Of a DNA stretch of 12,377 nt, positions 7,487 through 12,377 are shown one piece after another (within the stretch, counting starts at the first letter, position 1; each line of letters begins with the position of its first letter). The translations under genes and the position numbers were made by a program. Source of the stretch: a virus (Duplodnaviria > Heunggongvirae > Uroviricota > Caudoviricetes); the IMG/VR virus record IMGVR_UViG_3300037307_000441; one strand, written 5' to 3'. The notes beneath the pieces were generated by a model. The model saw only the letters and a program-made list of their open reading frames with translations, ran no database searches and was not told the DNA's origin.

Positions 7487-8101
7487 ATGATACCTACTTT
7501 AGATTCAATTATTAAAATATCTGGAATACATCCCTCAAGGGTATTTAATGTATACCTATTTGGTTCAAGGGTTTATGGAACTTCTGATCTCAACTCGGAT
7601 TGGGATGTTATTATGATTGCAAATAATCATGCCGAATCAACTGAAATTCGTAGAGGTATTTTTAATATTCATGTTTATACCCCGGATAAATTTAGAAAAG
7701 ATTTAGATTGGCATCGCATCAATAATTTGGAATGTATTTATGCCCCTGATTGGGCTAAGCTTAAAGAAGCCATAAAATTCGACGACTTCAAGATTCATAA
7801 AAATAAATTACGACACGCTATTTCTCACATTAGTTCAAATTCTTGGGTTAAGTGTAGAAAAAAAATGGAGGTCGAAAATGAATATTATATTGGTATTAAG
7901 TCACTATTTCATTCAATTAGAATTCCTATGTTTGCTACACAAATAGTAGAATTTGGAAAGATAAGGGATTTTGAGTGTGCGAATTTTGTGTGGGATAAAT
8001 TAAAGAAAAATCATTTGACATGGGGAGAGTTGGATAGAGAATTTAGACCATTATTAAATTCGACTATGACACAATTCAGAAAATTAGTACCAAAAATTTA
8101 A
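7487..8101 (+). CDS. Pol-beta-superfamily nucleotidyltransferase, RlaP-like
   Basis: YLFGSRVYGTSDLNSDWDV (GS...DxD); NIHVYTPDKF...NNLECIYAP and KSLFHSIRI...IVEFGKI follow the RlaP/PF10127-type pattern. Confidence 0.75.
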   Translation: MIPTLDSIIKISGIHPSRVFNVYLFGSRVYGTSDLNSDWDVIMIANNHAESTEIRRGIFNIHVYTPDKFRKDLDWHRINNLECIYAPDWAKLKEAIKFDDFKIHKNKLRHAISHISSNSWVKCRKKMEVENEYYIGIKSLFHSIRIPMFATQIVEFGKIRDFECANFVWDKLKKNHLTWGELDREFRPLLNSTMTQFRKLVPKI

Positions 8102-8104
8102 TAT

Positions 8105-8887
8105 ATGAGAAATAATTCAAATAATTATCATTTTGGTCGTCATGTATTTGATTATTTTCCATGGAATAAATATAATAATGAGAATATTTATTCTGATCCG
8201 GTTGTAAATATGGAGATACATAGAGATTTCAAATTTGCTTTTTCTGACGAGTTTTCTCCGGCTTCATTTTTTTGGTATGATAATTCAGTGACGATAAGTA
8301 AATTATCTAATATATTTAATGATGATAGTAGAATATACCGTGGTCCAAATAATATAATAACCTACCGAGGAATAAGTGAAACTGCCTATACTTGGGAAGA
8401 TATTGAAAAAATTAGGTTAAGATGTATATTTGGTGTTGAAGATGTGGCAAATAGATATATGAAAATTATTGATCTTTATACTAAAAATAGATATTTGATA
8501 TTAGATGCACTCTATTTAGATTCTGGTGAAGAAGAGATAGAAACACCACTCATTAGTTTATCAGATATAGTAAATAGGGAGCAAGAAGAACTGTGTATGG
8601 AATTTATATCAGAGAGTGATGTATATGAATCTATTAATAAAAGAAATTATAAAAGAAACAAATTCACCGACTCTATTAGTGAATTCTTTAGAACTCGTGG
8701 ATATTTAACTGAAAAACAAGTAAGCGCATTTGCTAAGACATCTTATAAAGAAATTCTATCTAATAAAGACATGGTTTTTTTTAGTATAAAGACAAACAAA
8801 CTAAGAAATATTGATAGAATGATTAAATATTTTGAATCAATCGAATTAACTTGTAAAAAAACAAATAATTTATTATTAATTTACTAA
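8105..8887 (+). CDS. Hypothetical protein
   Basis: 260-aa ORF, 3 nt after the upstream stop; its C-terminal FTDSISEFFRTRGYLTEKQ resembles a recurrent phage FxxSI...GxL(S/T)xKQ motif. Confidence 0.75.
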   Translation: MRNNSNNYHFGRHVFDYFPWNKYNNENIYSDPVVNMEIHRDFKFAFSDEFSPASFFWYDNSVTISKLSNIFNDDSRIYRGPNNIITYRGISETAYTWEDIEKIRLRCIFGVEDVANRYMKIIDLYTKNRYLILDALYLDSGEEEIETPLISLSDIVNREQEELCMEFISESDVYESINKRNYKRNKFTDSISEFFRTRGYLTEKQVSAFAKTSYKEILSNKDMVFFSIKTNKLRNIDRMIKYFESIELTCKKTNNLLLIY

Positions 8888-8898
8888 TTTATAATTTT

Positions 8899-9129
8899 AT
8901 GTTCTTCAATAAAAAGCAAAGAAATAAAGAAACAGATTCACTTATCAATGAATATAAAAATATTCAAGGAAGTATAGATTTTTTAGAAAATGAAGTATCC
9001 AATTATATCATAAAATCTTTAAAGGAAGATGTTGCTCAATATATCAATAATTTAAAATCTGGTTCAACTGCACATAAAAATGTCTATTGGTATATAGAAA
9101 AGGAGTTAGAGCAAATGAGTTTATATTAA
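8899..9129 (+). CDS. Hypothetical protein (76 aa), possibly the 5' half of a frameshifted gene
   Basis: ATG start with operon-like spacing; overlaps the next open frame by 43 nt. Confidence 0.6.
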   Translation: MFFNKKQRNKETDSLINEYKNIQGSIDFLENEVSNYIIKSLKEDVAQYINNLKSGSTAHKNVYWYIEKELEQMSLY

Positions 9130-9401
9130 AAAAGAATATTAGATTAGAAATCAATATTATGACCAATGGTTTTTTTGATGAAAAATTTGAAATAAATGAA
9201 ATCAAAATGATTAACCCAAGACATATGAATATAAAAATAACTAAAGAAATAAAAGATATAATATTCAAATATGTAATGGAATTTAAAATAAGTAGTCTAA
9301 ATTCTAAATTAGAAGAAACTAAGAATGCATTCGCTTCGATAGAAAATTTGGTTGGTAAATCAGTAGTCAGAGATTCAAAAATTGATAATATATTTAAATA
9401 A
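9087..9401 (+). CDS. Hypothetical protein with a C-terminal RDSKIDNI motif (start uncertain: TTG 9087 or ATG 9159)
   Basis: Open frame ending VVRDSKIDNIFK; the same octapeptide occurs in the 10232..10555 product. Confidence 0.65.
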   Translation: MVYRKGVRANEFILKKNIRLEINIMTNGFFDEKFEINEIKMINPRHMNIKITKEIKDIIFKYVMEFKISSLNSKLEETKNAFASIENLVGKSVVRDSKIDNIFK

Positions 9402-9404
9402 AAT

Positions 9405-9413
9405 AATATATAG
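9405..9413 (+). promoter_or_regulatory. Putative late promoter AATATATAG
   Basis: In the 32-nt intergenic gap; the 8-mer ends 21 nt before ATG 9434. Confidence 0.6.
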
Positions 9414-9433
9414 ATAAAACTATACTATTTTTA

Positions 9434-10237
9434 ATGGCATTAATTAAAAAATTCGAATCACTATCAATTGACACAACTATAGAACACTGTAAAGACGTTA
9501 TTGAGACTTTATCTGATTTCGAAGATGATGTTGAAATTAAAAATTATGCCATAGGATATATATATTCGGATAGGGTAGAACAAAATCCAACAACAGAAAG
9601 GGATAAAAAAGGTATAAAATTTAATTTATTCTTAAAGAAAGAATTCAAATCAATAACAGGTAAAGAATCTTTTGATGATCAAATATTTTTACTACAAAAA
9701 TCTAAATACCTTTACTCTAAAATACGTAGTTACTGTGATGAAATAAAAATAGATGTAAGAACAGGATACGTTACATTTATTTTACAATTTGAAAATACTG
9801 ATGAATCAATAAAAAATAAAGCTAAATTAAATAGGGTTTATAAAGGATTGGGAGAAGCTCTTAAGGATTATGATAGGTTTAAAACTATTTATCTATCATC
9901 TGAAGAGCAATTAACTAAAGCTAATAATGATTATTATAAAGATTGTTTAAATATATTAAGATCAATTAATAAAGGTTTAGAAAAGAAAAAGGAATTCACA
10001 CATTTCAGATTTTCAGTTGATATGTCAGAGGAAAATGGTATTATTACTTTAAAACCAAAGCAATTCAGGTATAAAGATGGTTATAGTTGGAAGACAGTAA
10101 GATATAATTCTGAGTTGGCAAAAAATGTTGTTAGATGTTTACAACATAACTTAGAATCAGGGTATATCTATAATGTTAGTCGTGGTGATATAAAGTATGA
10201 GGAAAAAGATACCGAACTAAAGATTATAATATTATAA
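9434..10237 (+). CDS. Hypothetical protein with a MALIKKFES leader; possible internal head protein
   Basis: 267-aa ORF with its own AATATATAG motif and a short (I/L)KKFES leader. Confidence 0.75.
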   Translation: MALIKKFESLSIDTTIEHCKDVIETLSDFEDDVEIKNYAIGYIYSDRVEQNPTTERDKKGIKFNLFLKKEFKSITGKESFDDQIFLLQKSKYLYSKIRSYCDEIKIDVRTGYVTFILQFENTDESIKNKAKLNRVYKGLGEALKDYDRFKTIYLSSEEQLTKANNDYYKDCLNILRSINKGLEKKKEFTHFRFSVDMSEENGIITLKPKQFRYKDGYSWKTVRYNSELAKNVVRCLQHNLESGYIYNVSRGDIKYEEKDTELKIIIL

Positions 10238-10555
10238 TCTTGATTGTGATAATCCAGTATCATCCGGGTCATATTTAAAATCTAAGTAAAATAATTCACC
10301 TCTTGGCATTTCTTTATAATAATCAGGATGTTCTTCTGGTTTCATTTCTTTATATTCTTTTCCTTCTATAATATTATCAATTTTACTATCACGATTTATA
10401 GCATTTACTTCTGCTTTAATTTCATCAGTAGCAAATCCTACTTTACCAAAAGGATCAACAGATACTAAATCCATTCCGATTGTTTTTGATGCAACTTTCA
10501 TTACCATTGGAAACAATGAATTAAAATCAGTTTCTTCCCACTTTTTATTTTTCAT
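10232..10555 (-). CDS. Mini-protein resembling a fragment of T4 gp23-type major capsid protein (Gol region) with a ~45-aa insertion
   Basis: LFPMVMKVASKTIGMDLVSVDPF...MPRGELFYLDFKY aligns with gp23 VMGMVRRAIPNLIAFDICGVQPM-NSPTGQVFALRAVY (gp23 sequence from memory). Confidence 0.6.
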   Translation of the reverse strand: MKNKKWEETDFNSLFPMVMKVASKTIGMDLVSVDPFGKVGFATDEIKAEVNAINRDSKIDNIIEGKEYKEMKPEEHPDYYKEMPRGELFYLDFKYDPDDTGLSQSRL

Positions 10556-10736
10556 TTTTAAATATTATTTTTCTATAATATGAAAGAAGCTTCCGATGTT
10601 CTTTGAATTCATCATCATCGGAAGCTTTGTGACCTTTAGAAATAGCTAAAACAATTTCTAATTCCATCTTAATAATTTGACTTATTAAATATTCTTTATC
10701 TACCTTGTCCTCTATAATTTCTTTCTTTTTTTTCAT
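10545..10736 (-). CDS. Hypothetical protein (probable start ATG 10736, or a later ATG near 10667; the track's TTG start lies inside the upstream gene)
   Basis: Open frame MKKKKEIIEDKVDKEYLISQIIKMELEIVLAISKGHK...; its stop overlaps the start of the next gene. Confidence 0.55.
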   Translation of the reverse strand: MKKKKEIIEDKVDKEYLISQIIKMELEIVLAISKGHKASDDDEFKEHRKLLSYYRKIIFKNEK

Positions 10737-10827
10737 GTTTATTATAAGCCTTTTTATATTTACCGCTTCTTCTTTTACCAAAACTTACTTTGTTGCTGGA
10801 TGTAGATCCCCCTTTAGCTTTTGCCAT
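10696..10827 (-). CDS. Small basic protein (43 aa) ending in YRGQGR
   Basis: Not in the track. Hand translation: MAKAKGGSTSSNKVSFGKRRSGKYKKAYNKHEKKERNYRGQGR*. A C-terminal YRGQG(R/K) is a motif I recognise from small basic proteins of T4-like phages. First gene behind AATATATAC. Confidence 0.8.
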   Translation of the reverse strand: MAKAKGGSTSSNKVSFGKRRSGKYKKAYNKHEKKERNYRGQGR

Positions 10828-10866
10828 TTTTATATGTTTATTTTTTATGTTGGTTTAACCAATAAA

Positions 10867-10875
10867 GTATATATT
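10867..10875 (-). promoter_or_regulatory. Putative late promoter AATATATAC
   Basis: In the divergent intergenic region; the 8-mer ends 40 nt before ATG 10827. Confidence 0.5.
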
Positions 10876-10876
10876 T

Positions 10877-10909
10877 TTTGTTAAAATCAGAAAAAAATAA
10901 TTATATTTG
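10877..10909 (+). promoter_or_regulatory. Bacteroidota sigma-A-type promoter (-33 TTTG, 21 nt, -7 TATATTTG)
   Basis: TTTG at 10877-10880, TATATTTG at 10902-10909; 16 nt before ATG 10926. Confidence 0.8.
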
Positions 10910-10925
10910 TGGTAAAATTTAAACT

Positions 10926-11222
10926 ATGGCAACAATCCAAGGATTAAAAATCAATGAGGCTGAATATGAATTAGAAAATGGTGAAAAAGCTAAATTAGCC
11001 GTTCTGCTTTATGCTGGAGAAGAGGACCCAAAACCAATATTAGATTGGGCAGTCGCCAACTATACAGAAGGTAGTGGTGGTAAATATTATGAATTAATTG
11101 ATGCTGAATTAAATTGTCCTTGGGTTAGAGTTATTCTAAGTAATATTAACGACATGAAACAAATTACTTGGGCGGAAGCCATGAGAGAAATAAAACTTAA
11201 TAAATTATTAGATATAAAATAG
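10926..11222 (+). CDS. Hypothetical protein with a C-terminal REIKLNKLL motif
   Basis: 98-aa ORF directly behind the promoter, 2 nt before kptA. Confidence 0.75.
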   Translation: MATIQGLKINEAEYELENGEKAKLAVLLYAGEEDPKPILDWAVANYTEGSGGKYYELIDAELNCPWVRVILSNINDMKQITWAEAMREIKLNKLLDIK

Positions 11223-11224
11223 AT

Positions 11225-11758
11225 ATGGAAATAACAAGAAAATCAAGATTGTTAGTAAGAGCGCTAAGACATGACCCATCATCATTGGGGTTGACGCTGG
11301 ATCCTAGAGGGTGGGTGAGTGTCAGTGATGTATTAAAATCATTATCGATTGACAAAAATTCTCTGGATATTATGGTCTCCACTAACAACAAAGGTAGGTT
11401 TGAATATAACGACAATAAAACCAAAATAAGAGCATGTCAGGGGCACTCTATAAAAACACTTGAAGTTTATAAAGATTGGAAAATATTTGTACCTGACTCT
11501 GATTTGTACCACGGGACAGCTACCAAATCGGTAGACCAAATATTAAAATCTAAATTGATATCGAAAACAAGAACACACGTTCATCTATCAAAAGATTTAG
11601 AGACTGCATATAATGTCGGTGCTAGACATGGAACACCAGTAATATTAAAAATAGATGCGGTCAAAATGCAAAAAGATGGATTTAAATTCTATGAGTCTAA
11701 AAATGGTGTAGTATTAGTTGATGAAGTTCCGAATAGGTATATACAAGTTATTTTTTAA
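11225..11758 (+). CDS. kptA: RNA 2'-phosphotransferase (KptA/Tpt1), NAD+-dependent
   Basis: All hallmark motifs present: LRHDP, GWVSV, KGRF, IRACQGHS, LYHGT, RTHVHLS, GARHG, NGVVLVDEVP. Confidence 0.95.
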   Translation: MEITRKSRLLVRALRHDPSSLGLTLDPRGWVSVSDVLKSLSIDKNSLDIMVSTNNKGRFEYNDNKTKIRACQGHSIKTLEVYKDWKIFVPDSDLYHGTATKSVDQILKSKLISKTRTHVHLSKDLETAYNVGARHGTPVILKIDAVKMQKDGFKFYESKNGVVLVDEVPNRYIQVIF

Positions 11759-12377
11759 ACTTGACTCTTAATTTATTATAAATTTCTTTAGCCTTTCTCC
11801 TACTAACATTCATTATTTTATCATTATAGTATACATTATAATCAGTTAATCCTGGGGTTTTTATTGGATGGAGCCAATTTGAAAATTCCACTCTGATATC
11901 TTCATATTCCACAAAGCTTCTATGAGTTTCTATTTTAAATGAAAAGATTTTAATAAATTCTTCTTTAACTTTTTTCTCGGAATATTCCAAATCAAATATT
12001 TTATTTGTATCAATTAAATGTTCTAATTCCTCAGCATCTACTTCATGTTCGTATTTTAATCTACGTATGGTTTTCCCAATTCCTAATAATTCGTTTACTC
12101 TATTAATATCTTTAAGATCTTTAGGAGGAGGATCTCCATATTCTGATACTCTAATGTTTAATTCTTCATCATCACAATTGATAATTTCAAAGTCTACTAT
12201 TATGTTATAAATATATGATTTTTTAAAATATTTTAATCCAAGAACAAATCCTCCTATCTTATCACCTATTTTATCATCATAATAATTTCCATAAAACTCT
12301 AATATATCATCAACATAGCAAGCAGAAACATCACCATCTGAAAAATCAACTCTTGTTACTTTAATTTTATTGATATC
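11748..12377 (-). CDS. Hypothetical protein, partial (at least 209 aa, start beyond the right edge)
   Basis: The frame of the track's 80-aa ORF stays open to the window end: DINKIKVTRVDFSDGDVSACYVDDILEFYG...DLEYSEKKVKEEF...KLRVKFKK*. Confidence 0.8.
   Translation of the reverse strand, partial: DINKIKVTRVDFSDGDVSACYVDDILEFYGNYYDDKIGDKIGGFVLGLKYFKKSYIYNIIVDFEIINCDDEELNIRVSEYGDPPPKDLKDINRVNELLGIGKTIRRLKYEHEVDAEELEHLIDTNKIFDLEYSEKKVKEEFIKIFSFKIETHRSFVEYEDIRVEFSNWLHPIKTPGLTDYNVYYNDKIMNVSRRKAKEIYNKLRVKFKK

Noticed and set aside
9044-9268. Hydrophobic minus-strand 74-aa ORF
   Set aside because: Antisense of A-rich Lys/Glu/Asn codons gives spurious Ile/Phe/Leu; it overlaps plus-strand genes.
4719-11222. 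Possible TAG stop-codon reassignment (seen in some Bacteroidota phages)
   Set aside because: Coding density is already near complete in code 11, and both TAG stops (4719-4721, 11220-11222) are followed within 1-2 nt by an ATG in another frame, so they behave as real stops.
11197-11539. Two minus-strand track ORFs (11197..11424 and 11342..11539)
   Set aside because: Both are antisense to the unambiguous kptA gene.

Overview
Very AT-rich, gene-dense fragment, most likely from a large T4-like (jumbo) phage of a Bacteroidota host. Host inference: three TTTG-N19-21-TATATTTG promoters, no obvious Shine-Dalgarno motifs, and Bacteroidota-style signal peptides. The window alternates between two classes of transcription unit. 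(i) Plus-strand units behind host sigma-A-type promoters encode envelope-targeted small proteins, two different nucleotidyltransferases and the RNA 2'-phosphotransferase KptA/Tpt1. (ii) Units behind a second motif, AATATATA(G/C), a probable phage late promoter, encode a PA14-like/poly-Thr virion-surface protein, an M20/M28 zinc peptidase, several proteins with T4 internal-protein-like capsid-targeting N-termini, a 43-aa basic YRGQG protein and a mini-protein resembling the Gol segment of T4 major capsid protein gp23. Two long edge ORFs (1..1377 and 11748..12377) and the 43-aa ORF (10696..10827) are missing or truncated in the supplied ORF track and were translated by hand. No tRNA, rRNA, CRISPR array or transposase was seen. 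All family assignments come from motif recognition, not database searches.
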